A stretch of DNA of 64,000 bases from the human T2T-CHM13v2.0 reference genome, Homo sapiens (GCF_009914755.1 NC_060942.1); one strand, 5' to 3'; counted from the first letter of the stretch, positions 13,578-27,858 are shown. Program-made: numbers and translations. The notes: generated from the sequence alone by a model not told the origin.

Positions 13578-15726
13578 CCCTCAGGAACTGGCTCCAGGCT
13601 GCCCCTGTACCCAGCGGCCCTTGTCTGTCTCCTCCCAGGCCGAGGCAGGCACTGCGATGGAGGCACCCTCTTCACTGTGTTTGCCAGTGCACTGCAGTGG
13701 AGAGGTTATGCCTTTGTAGGGTTGTGGGGATAGGGCTGAAAGCCCCCTGAAGGCAGGATCCACGATGGAGGAGCATTATCGTACTCTGGTGGGCTGGGAA
13801 CATGGCCCCTTTCCCAAGTTCTCCTCTCTGTCAGCCTAACACCAGCTTTTCGGAGAGAAAGAATCTTCCAGGTTTCCTGAGATTTGCCTGAGGTCCCTGA
13901 GGCTCTCCTTCCCACTTCAATCTAGAAGATGGGAGAGGCTCTAAATGACTTAATCACAGATCTGAAAGCCCAGAAGGACCTGAGAGAGGCTTGGCCTCCT
14001 GCAGGCATCTGCCTTGTAGCCTCCCGGGAATTGGAAGCTTACAGCTTTGCAGCCCAGGCCATTACTTGGCAGCCCGGGCCTAAAGACATTATCTTAGACC
14101 AAGGTGTGCCTCCCAGTAGCCCTGGCTGTGATCTGAGAGGCACACAGAACGCATATCCCATTCTCCTTCCAGGGTGACCAAGTATTCAGAGTGCCAAATC
14201 TTCTTTTGGAGGTAAGCTCTCTTCCCTTAAGGTTTCTCTGGATAAGGTGTCCAAACCTCTCCTGGCTTCCCTTCTCTGTACATCTCTTTTATCAATGCTT
14301 CTCCTAAAATGGGGACACGGAATGGAATACGGTGTTCGAGGTGTGACCTGAGTGGTGCAGGAATCATGCTGCTGTCACCTCCCTCCATCTGGACACTATA
14401 TTTCTGTTAATGTAGCCCATGACTGTGTAATTTTTCTTCATGGGCAGCTTCTAGATATGGGGATTCCCATTCCTTCACAGCTCCTGCCAAAATAATCTGT
14501 GGCAAAGATCTGTTTCCCCAGCCTGGACTGTTCACAGCCCTGATGAGTAGCCCAGGCCACCTCATCTGAGTCCCCTTTGAGTGGCCCAGGGAGCTAAGGT
14601 CAAGGGTGTTCAGAAGCTGGTGAGATTATTGAGGCCTGACCCACTTTGCAGAGGAAGGCTGGAGCTTTCTGCCCAAAGTGACTGTGATGGGGATTGGGGT
14701 GGATGGGCTTCCAGGCCTGGAGAAGGTGGGGATGTTTCATGCAGGCTCCTACCCCTGAAAATCTGGCCACCCACTCACCACTGGGAACCAGCTCCTGTGT
14801 CTTAGCACTGCCACCTCCCCCTGGGCCTGCCAGCCTCTGGCTTCATTTCTTTTTTGCTCAGGAAGCAGAGATAAGGTTTGGTGCTCACCTTTGCCCAGTT
14901 GCATAGAGACCCTGTGACATGGACATATTGGATGACTTCCCTGGCTGAGCCATGGAGGAAACTGTGTTTCAACTGAAGACATTCTTGTGGTGTCTGCCCC
15001 CAGGGAAGTCTCTTGGTATGTGTGTGTGACACAGGGCTCAGTTTGGGGCACTGGGCATGGGGAATAGGGGGCAAAGGAAAGGAAGACTCAACTGTGCTTT
15101 CAGGGAGCCTTCAGCCAGCAGGAGAGAGAAACCCTGAGCATGCTGGCTGATGGGAAATGTGTATCAAAAGTTTCCTTTTGCCAGGAGGAGGCAGGCAGGA
15201 CTTTCAGCTCCCCAAGTCTGGGCCATTTCTGGAAGCATGAGGGTTTGGAGCTTGTCTTTTTATTCTAAACATTGAGCCTGCAGTTTTAACTCCTGGGCTG
15301 CCCGTTGGTCTTGTCTGTCCTGAGCTGCCTGCACATCGATCTGATCGTGAAGGGTGGGTGGTGAGTGCTCCGGATCGTCTCAGCAGCATCTCTGCCTTAG
15401 ATGGATTCTCAGCTGCCCATCTGGAAGGTCAGGATGCCAATAGGTGGGGGCATCACTGTGGAGTGGTAGCGAAGAATTCCAGTTTTGAGGCTCACGAGCT
15501 TCCAGGATTCCAGGCTTGGCTCTGCATAAAGCTCACTACAGAATCTTAAACTCTTTGTGACTTGGTTTCCTCACCTTGCCTTTGATAGTGGAGTTGGAAA
15601 GCCCCAATGCAAGGGGAGGTGATGGTCTGCTCAGGCACCCCGCCCCAAGAATAGAGATGTCAGTGATTCACAGGTGCACAGAGAACAAGCTGGGACATCC
15701 TCAAAGTACACACTCTGGAGTGCTGA

Positions 15727-16064
<338 letters not shown>

Positions 16065-16826
16065 TGCTCACTGGCATTGTGACCTTAGGAGAGTTAATTT
16101 TCTAAAGCTCTGCTTCTCCAGCTATGAGATTGGCATAACAGTGTCTACTTCATAAGGCTGCTGTTAGAATGAGAACTAATATGTGTTATACACTTAGCAC
16201 AGTGCTTGGCATGGAGCTGAGTCTCTGGAAAGGATGGCTGTTCTTATGATCATAGGCAAATACAGTGTGGTCAGAAGAGTCCAGCAGGGACTGAAGGAGG
16301 GGTGGGGCTGTAAAAGCAGATGGGATTGCAGAGGAGGGGAGATTGTGGCCTGGGGGTAGGGACAGGAGGATGGTGGGGAAGAGATAGAGAACTGCAGAAA
16401 CAGTACCTTGAAGGCCCCCTGCAAAACTTGTTTGGAGACCTGGAAATTCACAGGTGTCAGTCACCCTTGGGCTACAGAGGGGGCTGGAACTCAGGCTGGT
16501 CATGAACCATTTTGTGCCCCCATTGTCCCAGCCAGAGCTTTTGGATGAGGGATAGGCACGTGACCAGAGCCAGGCCAACCAGGAACCTTCCCTGGAGTTT
16601 TCTGAATGGAAGCTGGGAGAGAAAGTCCTTTTCTTCTTGAGGGCATGGCATGAAAGAAGCCTGGCAGCTTTGGCCACATCCACTGCCGTGGAGAGACCTG
16701 TCCTGGGGAGACAGCACAGCACTAGCAGCTGAAGAGAAGCAGAGCTGGAAACTTAAGAGAACCAATACCTCTGCTCGATTTGTCTTCCTCTGGCTTGGTG
16801 CTGAATTTGTTAGTTTCTATAGTCTC

Positions 16827-17221
16827 TGTATTAGTCCGTACAGGCTGCCATAATGAAACTCCACAGACTGGGTGGCTTAAACAACAGACATTTTATTTCT
16901 TCACAGTTCTGGAGGCTGGAAGTCCAAGATCACAGTGCTGGTAAATTCAGTTTCTGGTGAGGGCTCTCTTCCTGCCTTGCAGACAGCTGCCCTCTTGCTG
17001 GGTCCCACACGGTCTCTCCTCTGTGTTTGTGCACATGGGAAGAGACAGCTGTCTGGTGTCTGTTCTTATAAGGACACCGCTTCTATCCTAATCAGACCCC
17101 ACCCTTAGGACCACACTTACCCTTTATGACCTCCTTAAAGGCCCTGTCTCCAAACATATTTATGCTGGGGATTAGGGATTCAATATGTAAATTTTGGGAG
17201 GACATAATTCAGTCTGTAACA
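16827..17221 (-). mobile_element. MaLR solo LTR, MLT1A-like
   Basis: 'tgtattagtccgtacaggctgccataatgaaactccacagactgggtggcttaaacaacag...attcagtctgtaaca'. Confidence 0.82.
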
Positions 17222-17248
17222 CTTCTCTATTCAGTAGATTCCCTTTCT

Positions 17249-17315
17249 TTTTCTTTTCTTTTCTTCTCTTTTCTTTTGAGATGGAGTTTCACTCTTGTTG
17301 CTCAGGCTGGAGTAT
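17249..17315 (-). mobile_element. Severely 5'-truncated Alu (~35 nt plus tail)
   Basis: 'tgagatggagtttcactcttgttgctcaggctggagt' flanked by TSD attccctttct (17238-17248 / 17316-17326). Confidence 0.85.
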
Positions 17316-17334
17316 ATTCCCTTTCTGTGCCTTA

Positions 17335-17615
17335 AGGAATGGCATTCATACCACTGGTAGAACACACAATGATTTTCAGTTAGATACTTATGGACTGGTA
17401 CAAAATATAAGCCATGTATTCATCTATGTGTGCATTAAAGAATGACAAACACAACTAGTACATAGAATTTGTGATGTTCACAAGTGAAGGGAGTATTCAG
17501 TATTGCTCTGCAGGAGGCTGAGTTTAATAAAAAGTCAGTACAAGGTCAATAGTAATGTTACAGTTGGTACACGGGTATGACAGAAAACTCCAAGGTAGTG
17601 AATTCTGGGTAATGT
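17335..17615. mobile_element. hAT-Charlie-like DNA transposon relic
   Basis: AT-rich; 'ataccactggt' near the left end and 'ggtacacgggtatgacagaaaactccaaggtagtgaa' near the right end resemble MER113/Charlie termini. Confidence 0.35.
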
Positions 17616-17789
17616 TGCATGAACTAGTTTGGGTTGGGTTTGTGTCACTTGGCACTGGTAGAGTTTTGAATAATACATGTTCAATTTCAGCCTAAGGCTA
17701 CCTCTTTTCATGTAACAAATATGGGTTCCTAAATGTTTATTTACATAAAACCTTTATACATATAATTGTAATTTCGAGTCACAAAAAGT

Positions 17790-18510
17790 GGTCAGCACCT
17801 AAAGACAACTGTAGTAAATATTTTTGTAAAGAATCCTTTTTTATAGTATCTGGTTTGTTTCAAATGCATCTGTTTTGCAAATTTAGATTCTTAAACAGCA
17901 ACTTGTTATCTAGGATTTTGGTCATCAGAAACTTCTCAGCTGGCACCTGAAAAACATCAGCACAGTGACAGTTGATATATTTAATTGTTCAAATGATCAT
18001 CTTAGCATCAAACATGCTGCAATAAAAAGTGTTCTCTTTGACATCCATTCTCCAACCAATAATAAATACACTTATTCAAAAGTTAAGTAAGGGGTGTATT
18101 TGAGAGCTAACCCATCCTGGTAAACTCATACTGGAAAACCTGATAAGCGTTTGCAGATCTTTTTCAGAATCTGTAAGAGTTATGTTGTAGGAGAGATAAT
18201 CACCTGTAGCACTGGACTCAGCATTTTTAGACTAGAATATCCTCTCCCGTCTTGTTGAGTGATGGTGATCATATTTTCTGAATCAAAAATCAGGATGAGT
18301 ATTTGGATATTTGAAATCAGAACTTCTCCTAACTATCATCTTTTATCTAGATGGGGACTCTGGAGTCTCATTGTCAAATTTGTTTATGTGCTCATACAAA
18401 TTTTAAAAAAGTTTGTTGTTGTTTTTTTTTTACTTAAAAAATTGGCCCTACCTTCAGACCATCCTGAGACTTATTTCCTCATCCTAGTTTTCCCCGAATA
18501 TCTTAGCTCG
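17790..18510 (-). mobile_element. Ancient RTE-clade LINE (L4/MamRTE-like) ORF2 fossil
   Basis: Minus-strand translation with stops and frameshifts gives, in order: AKIFG, DFKYPN, IIGWRMDVKEN, CHCADVFQVP, KLLFKNL, KKDSLQK. These parallel RTE RT C-terminal motifs. Confidence 0.6.
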
Positions 18511-18962
18511 TTTATTAATATGATAGAATGTTAAATGAGGTCTGTAGTCCTACCACCCCCCCCAATCCTAACAAACAAAAGAATATTTTCTAATGTTACC
18601 TGTGGAAGCAGATAGCTTGGTGGGCTGAATAAATGATTAGAATTTAAGAGCCTAGTTATAGGTATTCTAGTTACTGTAGGCTGTGTGAAAAACCACCCCA
18701 AAACTTAGTGGCTTAAACAGCAATAATCCTTTGTCCTGCTCATGAGTCTGTAATTTGGGCAGGGCTCAAGAGCTACAGTTTGCATCTATTCCACATGGCA
18801 TCAGCTGGGCTGCAATCAGAGCTGGAAGATCCACTTCCAAAATGGCACATTCTCATGGCTGGCAAGTTGTGCTGGCTGTTGGTTCTTCTCCATGCAGGTT
18901 TCTCCACAAGGCTGCTTGGGCTTCCTCAAAGCATGGTGGCTGGGTTTGAAAAGTTAATCCCA

Positions 18963-19226
18963 ATGTAGAGTGGAGTAATAGACATTGGAGACTGTGAAAG
19001 GTGGGAAGGTGAGAGGCGGGTGAAGATCAAAAAACGACCTGTTGGGTACAGTGTTCACTATTCAGGCATGAGTACACTAAAAGCCCAGACTTAACCACTA
19101 TGCAATATATGCATGTAGGAAACCTGCACATGTACCCCCTAAATAAATACAAATAAACCAAACAAAATAATTATATATTATGACCAAGTGGAGTTTATCC
19201 CAAGAATATGAAAAAAACCAAACCAC
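18963..19226 (+). mobile_element. L1PB-type 3' end with an appended L1 ORF2 segment
   Basis: 'tacactaaaagcccagacttaaccactatgcaatatatgcatgtag...gtaccccctaaat' is an L1PB 3'UTR; it is followed by an A-rich tail, an extra segment and a second A-rich tail. Confidence 0.75.
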
Positions 19227-19425
19227 AAAAGTGAATGGCCCAAGAAACAGGAAGGAGAGACGGCTAATTTCTTAAGGGCTGGCATAGAAATGCCAGTTAT
19301 CTAACAGTCTCTGGAGTGTCACTTCCATATACTACTGGTCAAGCAGTCACAGAGTCCAGATTCAAGACGGTGGGGACACAGACCCTACTTCTTGTTAGGA
19401 GGAATTTCATAGAATTTGGAGGCTA

Positions 19426-20102
<677 letters not shown>

Positions 20103-20155
20103 TAGATTCATCTTCTACTTGCAGTCTTTTGTGGAGGAGTGAAAAAGAAATGTTT

Positions 20156-20455
20156 GGCTGGGTGCAGTGGCTCACGCCTGTAATCCTAGCACTTTGGGAA
20201 GCTAAGGCAGGCAGATCACTTGAGGTCAGGAGTTCGAGACCAGCCTGGCCAACATGGCCAAACCCCATCTCTACTAAAAATACAAAAATTAGCCGGGTGT
20301 GGTAGCACATGCTAGTAATCCCAGCTACATGGGAGGCTGAGGCAGGAAATCACTTGAACCTGGCGTGTGGAGGTTGCAGTGAGCCAAGATTGTGCCACTG
20401 CATTTCAGCTTGGGCGACAGTGAGACTCTGTCTCAAAAAAAAAAAAAAAAAAAAA
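20156..20455 (+). mobile_element. AluS
   Basis: 'ggctgggtgcagtggctcacgcctgtaatcc' through to poly(A). Confidence 0.92.
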
Positions 20456-21062
20456 GGAGTGTTTATAAAAACTTGCTTGTATCATTTGAGCTCAGTTATA
20501 GTTAGTAAATGTTTTGCTTGAAGCCCCTTTTATATGCTAATTCTTTAAAAGTGGCTAATAATTTAAAAGTGGCTCCCCCTTGTCCTGGGCATATAGTGGA
20601 GCTTTATTTCTTCAGCCATTCCCAGAAATTGCTGAGACTGGGAAGTGCAGGCTCTTGGCTTTGCAGCAACGGAGTCTTTCGCAGCAAGACCATCCACAGT
20701 TAAGACCCTTCTCAGAGAAACTCCACTGTGGCAAGACCCTGTGCTGGCTGCTGGGGGCTGCAGATATGGATCAGGGGACACTCCATCCCTGTGCCCCACT
20801 TTCAGGAAGCCCAAAGTATCACTGATGGAAAGCAATGGCCTCAGTGTCACTTTTTCTCAGGGTGTCCTTGTCCCCTGGCAGAACACAGTGGAAGTGTGTC
20901 TATATTCTGAATGAACTGTTGACTACTTCTCTTTTCCTTCCTGGGGCACTTGATTTTAGAAAGTGCCCTGGTCTAGGAGGACCAAGACCTGGCTTCCAGC
21001 TGTGTCAGATAATTACCCCCACTCTATTTTTCTCATCGGTAAAATAGGGAATTTGGTCTAGG

Positions 21063-21270
21063 CTGGGGGTTGGCAAACTACAACTTGCAGACTAACTCCA
21101 GCCCAATGCCTGTTTTTCTAAATGAAAGTTTTACTGGAACACAGTCATGCCTGTTTCTTCACGTACATCTACGGTTGCTTTTGGCTGGTTACAAAAAAAA
21201 GAACATATGGCTCACAAGGCCTAACATATTTACTGTCTGGCCATTTACAGAAAACACTTGCTCACCCCTG
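21063..21270 (+). mobile_element. MER58A (hAT-Charlie MITE)
   Basis: 'ggggttggcaaactac...aaagttttactggaacacagtcatgcc...atatttactgtctggccatttacagaaaa...acccctg'. Confidence 0.8.
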
Positions 21271-21349
21271 ATCTAAAACAATGGTTTTCAACTTCATTTT
21301 AGCCATACTGTTTTTTTTCTGGAAACAACTCTTCTTTATTTTTAACAAT

Positions 21350-21612
21350 AAAAGCAATTCTCACAGCACTTGGCATGTGCCTGGCACTGTACCAAGTGCT
21401 TTAAAACTGTTAACTTACTGCTTAATCCTTATGAAAACATTATGAGATGAGCAGTAGTATCATCACCCACATTTTAGAGAGGAGAAAACTGAGGCAGAGT
21501 TAACAGAGAGGTTAAGTAACTTGCCTCAGGTCACACAGCTACTAAGTGGCAAAGGCAAAATTTGAATTCAGGAGTCCTGCTCTAGAGTTTGCCTTCTTAT
21601 CCACTGGGCCAT
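21350..21612 (-). mobile_element. MIR SINE (near full length)
   Basis: 'gaggagaaaactgaggcagag...gaggttaagtaacttgcctcaggtcacacagctactaagtggc'. Confidence 0.85.
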
Positions 21613-22131
21613 GCTGCCTCTCACTGGTGGCCTTATATAAAAACTGGGTGGAGCAGGCCCCACTAACTAGAACTGATGTGGCATGGTCAGCATCTCCCCC
21701 TTGCCTGTTGACTCTTCTTTCTGCAGCCCCCCGGGATCTCAGGGCCATCTCTGGCAACCTCTGGAGGCTATAACATCTGGCAAATTAGGCTTCTAAGCTT
21801 GGAGAGGGGACATCAGTTTGTTTTGGTTGCTACAAGAGGAATTGATCCTGGTTGTTGGGAACTTATGCAGGCCAAGAACTGTAGAAAGCACTGTTCTCTG
21901 GGACTGAGGACTCCAGACAAATAGACTCATTTTTATCGAGCATGATCATAATTATGCCTGATAAAAATGAGTGCTAGAGACTTAGGTCCACATTTCAAAA
22001 CCGTAACTGAAAGGAAGACATATTTCAATAGTTGCCATGCCCCACACAAATATGAAAACCAGTAATCTATTGGAACCAGTTCCCTGGGCCAGAGTGATTT
22101 GCCTTAGACTCTTGTCATAAAAATCAGCAAA

Positions 22132-22201
22132 GGAGACTGCACACTGAAATGACACTTCACACTGAAAAGATATTGACGCTGAAAGGAGATTCACGCTGAA
22201 T
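22132..22201. repeat. Degenerate ~17-bp tandem repeat (4 units)
   Basis: ggagactgcacactgaaa / tgacacttcacactgaaa / agatattgacgctgaaa / ggagattcacgctgaat. Confidence 0.7.
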
Positions 22202-22532
22202 GTCACCTTCCCTGCTTCCTCCTGCAAATGACCCCACATAGCCTGGGGGGCATTTAGGAGCTTTAGCATAGCACCCGCCTCTTGGGCAGGTGGGAGCCTG
22301 GGGCTGCAGACCGGCCCTTTCTTAGGATGCTCCCTGTTTGCAGATTAGTGACTTGATTGGCCCCTCCTCCACCCCCACCATTCCCATAAGGGACTGGTTA
22401 GTCTGCAGGGATGACACCCAGCCTCCGACACCCAGCCTCCTCCACCCTTGGGGATGTAAACTGTACTAGGAGCAGGAAAGGCTGGGGTGACTCACTTTCC
22501 TGCCAGTGAAAAGCTGACCTCAATCTTGGTAG

Positions 22533-22985
<453 letters not shown>

Positions 22986-23830
22986 CTGTTCTAAGGTTTT
23001 TGCTGTCTCTGTTTTCTCCTTGGTTGGCCTGTGCCTGACACAGTAAGATTTGGGACCCCTGAGATTGAGTGGGGTGGGGTCTTCCCAGGTGCTTCCCTCT
23101 TGCTTGTGGTCTCTGGCCCTGTTCCCCGCCCCAGCCATCAGCACCAGTCCCCTACCCCCTCAAAAGGCTCAAAGACTTCCTGAGAACCCGGAATCTCAGT
23201 TTCATCTCTGCTGGAGATTTTTGATCTGGGGGAAAGGCTGCTCTCTATATGGCTGCTTTCAGACCACACTTGGCTCTCCCTTGGTTTAGCCAAATTGGGG
23301 TTTTCCTCATTTTCAGGAGCCAGCTTTTCTGAAGTGTTCCTTCCTGGCAGCTGCATTCCCCATGGTCCTGTCTATCTTAGGGGCAAGGACTTAGGCATCG
23401 GGTGTCCTAGAGGCTAGAAGATTGTTCTACAGAGAAAAGTGGTTTTGTGGCCGTAGGTGGTACCCAGACGTGTTGCCTGCCACCTGGGTGCAAGCAGGAC
23501 CGGACCTCTGTGGGTGGTGGAGGGAGCTTCCCATGTGTGGATGGAGGCCTTGCTGGGGAAGGGTAGATGAGTACAGCTCCGTGTCACAGCCCGGGGACAG
23601 CCCCACCTGCTGCAGGCGGCCTTCGCTAGGCCTCTGTGAAGGTCCCCAAAGCCTGGCTCTCCTGTGGCTTATCCTGGGAGAATATTTGCCCTCTTTCATC
23701 TAATAGTTAACTATTGACAGAACATTAGGTACTTGAATAAAATGAAGCTGTTTAGTTTGGGGAGATATTTTGGAAAACAGAAGCTTAGTTCTCATTGAGG
23801 TTACCTTCTTGGTGTAGGTGGTTGTGTAGG

Positions 23831-24133
23831 TTTTTGTTTTGTTTTGTTTTGAGACAGGGTCTTGTTCTGTCACCCAGGCAGGAGTGCAGTGGTGCGAACA
23901 CAGCTTACTGCAGCCTCGACTTCCTGGGGTCAAGTAATACTTCCACCTCAGCCTCCCGAGGAGCTGGGACCACAGGCGCACACCACCATACCCAGCTAAT
24001 TTTATTTTTTTGTAGAGATGGGGGGGTCTCACCTTGTTCCCTAGGCTGGTCTTGAACCCCTGGGCCCCAGCAATCCTCCTGCCTCAGCCTCCCAAAGTGG
24101 TGGGATTACAGATGTGAGCCACCAAGCCTGGTC
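23831..24133 (-). mobile_element. AluJ
   Basis: AluJ-type sequence with a (GTTTT)n tail. Confidence 0.88.
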
Positions 24134-27100
24134 GGCTTGTTTTAAACAACTTAATGTTATTGAAAATATGATGCCACCCTGATATTGAGATAAATTTTAA
24201 GGGAAGAATCACCTCTTTCTCATTACTTGAATACTGTGTTAATTTTTGCATATTAAGTCAATTTCCTCCTTTAATGGCAATTGGTTGATCCATGGTCATG
24301 TTAAATAATTTTGCATATTTAACTCGGGTCTTGATTTGTCTCCGGTCCTGTTTATTACTGATGTCACCGTCTGTGTGTGTCTTGTGATGTGGAGACTTTG
24401 CAAGCTGTTTTCCACGGAGTCCAAGCCCCACAGCCCTGCTGTGGCACTGCCTTCATCAGTGACGCGTTCTTGGCGGAGAGGATCTAGTTGTAGTTTGTGC
24501 TTCCTGGCTGTCAAGGGCCTTGCCTTCCCTTCTACAGGAAACAGCTGAGAAATCGCTGGTGTGCTGTAGCCTTAAATAACAGCACCTGCCACTCAGTTGT
24601 GTTGTCTTTCATGAGTTTTCCAAGTGCTCTCCTGCCTTGGGGCATGTGGGAAGGAAGGTATTATCATTTCCGTTTTACAAAGATCCCCCGAGAGACTGCA
24701 AGTCTCTTGGATTTTGCTGCTGACACCAGGACAGGAGGTCACATCCTCTGACCCTCCATCTTATGTTCTTTCCAGCAGCCCCAGAACCAGCCATGGAAAC
24801 CAGGGGCAGGGCCTCTGTGCTTTAGTTCCCTTATCTGTAAAATAAGGGATCATAATAGTACCTATTTTGTAGGGTCACTATGAAGTTTAGATGAGCTGCC
24901 ACATGCCTGGGACAGTGCCTGGCACACAACCATGCAAGCTCTCAGGAGGGTAGTGCCCCGTACCTCCAATCTTGTTATGTGGGGGACAGACAGATCATCT
25001 GGCTTGGGCGCCCCACCCTGCCATGCAGATAAATCCATGCCCAGATAACGGTCATGTGGGATGGGAAGGTGGGGCTCTAGCGTGTGCCTTCTTGCTGTCC
25101 TGTGCTAGGCATCTTGGGGTCCGGCCTCCTGAACTTGTGCCCTTTCCTTTGCCAGAGTGAGTTGCCCAAGAGGCTGAGGGTGGGCATGAGGCTGCTTACA
25201 AAGCTGAGCTAATGATAGTTTGCAGGGCACAGCACCCTTCACTCAGGGATGCTGGCATACTCTGTGGGCTTCTTAACAGGCAACAAGTTCTGCCAGCCCA
25301 TTGTACAGTCCCCGGCTGGCTGCAGTGTCTGGGCATTCTGCTTCTCAGCCTTGCCCCACTCACTACTTTCTCAGTGAGTGTCAGTGAGTAAACACGCACG
25401 CAAAAGAATAAAACCATCAACAAGAGAAAGTGTGGTGTGTAAGGGAAAGGGAGTCATTCATTCATTCATTCATTCAGCCAGTGTTGACTACAGTGTGCCA
25501 AGTCCTGTTCTAGCTGCTGGGGTGCAGTGGCGATCAGGGCAGGCCCTGCCCTCATGGAGCTTACAGACAAGACCATGACACAGGTGCATGCTATGAAAAT
25601 GAGTGAGTGGGACATACTGGGCCTCCCCAAAGTTGGTGGGGAAGAGAGAGAAGGTAAAACCCAAAATAGGTTCTGTGACTGGCCAGCACCTCAGGGGAGG
25701 CCTTTCGAGGGGCAAGGGTGGAGATTTTCATGGCTAAGTCCTGTTGTCTAGGGGGGATTGCCCTTACAGGGGGTCTGCATGACATTAGTCATGAATCCAA
25801 GGTCCTGTGGTGGCATCAGGGCTGGCACCAACCACAGCTTGCTGCCGATGTCCCTCCCATGCTCTGGGTACCTGTCATATTTGACACCTCTGTTGCAGAG
25901 GTGACAGCTAGAAAAGCATCCATTGCCTTTGGGGTGGGGGTTCCCATTTGTTGTCTCATGGGAAGGAAGGGATGCTTTGGAAAGGCTGTGGAAACCCCTT
26001 TGGGCTCTGGGTGGATGACATGAGTGGGGCCATTGGAAGGGGTAAAGAATGCTGAGTCATGTCTAAATGACAGCACTTCCTGGGCACTCCTACATGACTT
26101 GCAATACCCCACAGGCAGGGCCCTTCATCTCAGCCTGTCTAACAGACTGTGGATTTGGATTTTCATTCAACCATTAAATTTTTAAAAAATTCTGTGAAGC
26201 TAATAGTCAAAGGGTTAGTAGTCTCATTTATTCACCAGATATTTTTCAGCAACAACTTATGTACCTGGCTTTTTTCTAGGAGTTGGGGATATAGCAGGTG
26301 AACAGAAGAGACAATAAATCTTGCCCTCATAGTCTAGCCTTATGATAGCAGAAGTCTTTCTTTAAAGAAAGATCCCTGGAATCTTTAAATATTAACTCCT
26401 GGAGTTCACGTAGGCATCGTGACAGAGGCACAGGGACAGTGGGGTTAGCTGGGATGTCCAGGGACAGAAGGAAACAGAAGCAGTGTCACTGGTGACCAGT
26501 CAGATGGGTGGACGTCCAGCACCCTCATGATGTGGCAGAAGTCAGGGAAGAACGATATTCTGTTTAAAAAGTTGAGCTTATAAATAGCCATATTGGAACA
26601 TGTTTATTATGTTGAGGAGGTAACTTATACTTGACTGGTCTTCTAATAGAGCAGCAAATGTCATTGAGTATTTTCTTTGTGCCTGGGTACATGGTGCCCA
26701 TGGAAAGATGTGTTCTTTGCCCCAGGGACGACGATAGTTGAGTAATTAGCAAATAAAACAAGGGCAAGTCTATTGAGAGCCACTTTCTATGGCAGGGCCT
26801 GAGATCACTATGGAAATAACTCAGTAAGAGCAGTCAGAGAAGGCTTCCTGGAGGAGGTGTCTCCATGCTAGTCAGAAAGAAGTGGGGAACGTGTTCTCAG
26901 GGAGTTAGTAACAGGGGAGCATGGCTTGTGCTCATGGGACAGAGTGACTGCTCTGTCACAGTGGGGTTGGCAATGAGGGGCTAGAGGTTAGAGGGCAGGG
27001 GACAGTGGAGACCAGTGGGGGGCTTGACACACTCTGCAGCTGTGAGCCATTGAAGGTTTTGCAGCAGAGCAGTACCCTGGTGCTGGTTGTACTTAGGGTG

Positions 27101-27665
27101 TCAGCGAGGTGGAGCGAGCTGGGAGGGCAGGTATAGCAAGTGATGCTGGAGAGAACAGCTGAATGTGGCTCTAGAGAAACAGGCTCCTGCCTGGCAAGTC
27201 ACAGGGTTGTGAATAAATCACTCATGCTTTCTGAGCCTCAGTTCACCTCATCTACAAAATGAAAATAAGATTTCAAATCCTATTTCATAGATTCTTTGTG
27301 AGTCTTAACTTTAAGAATATATGTGACAATGCTTTAGGAAAAAAAAAAGTAAAGTGTAAATTCAAGAAAAATCTCAGCTGTTGGTGTCAGGATCCCCTTC
27401 TCACATTGGCTTCCTGTACCTATGAGATAGCAAAAAGTAGGGGAGAAATCTCATATTCCTGTGAGTACATGACATTATCGAAACACCAGAGGACCAGGGA
27501 GGATGGTCAGTGAGCTCACAAGCATTGATGTCTGCCATTTGCATTTAATCCTCCCAGCAGCCCCATGAGGTGGGGAAACATTGGGAATCGGAGATGAACA
27601 GCTGCGGCCCCCACCCAAGGTCACTTAGCTGGTTGGTGAGACAGGGCCCTGACAGGCACTCCTTC

Positions 27666-27858
27666 TGTAGTAGTGTGCCTGGGCTGCCATGACAAAATCC
27701 CACAAACTGGGTGGCTTAAACAATGAACATTTATTTTCTCATAATTCTGGAAGTTGGATGTCCAAGATCAAGGTGTCAGCAGGGTTGGTGTAATAGTCCA
27801 TTTTTATATCGCTATGAAGAAATACCTGAGACTGGGCAATTTGTAAAAAAAAAAAAAG

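Noticed and set aside
22132-22201. CRISPR-like regularly spaced repeat
   Set aside because: Units are ~17 bp with no unique spacers and no cas genes; eukaryotic context.
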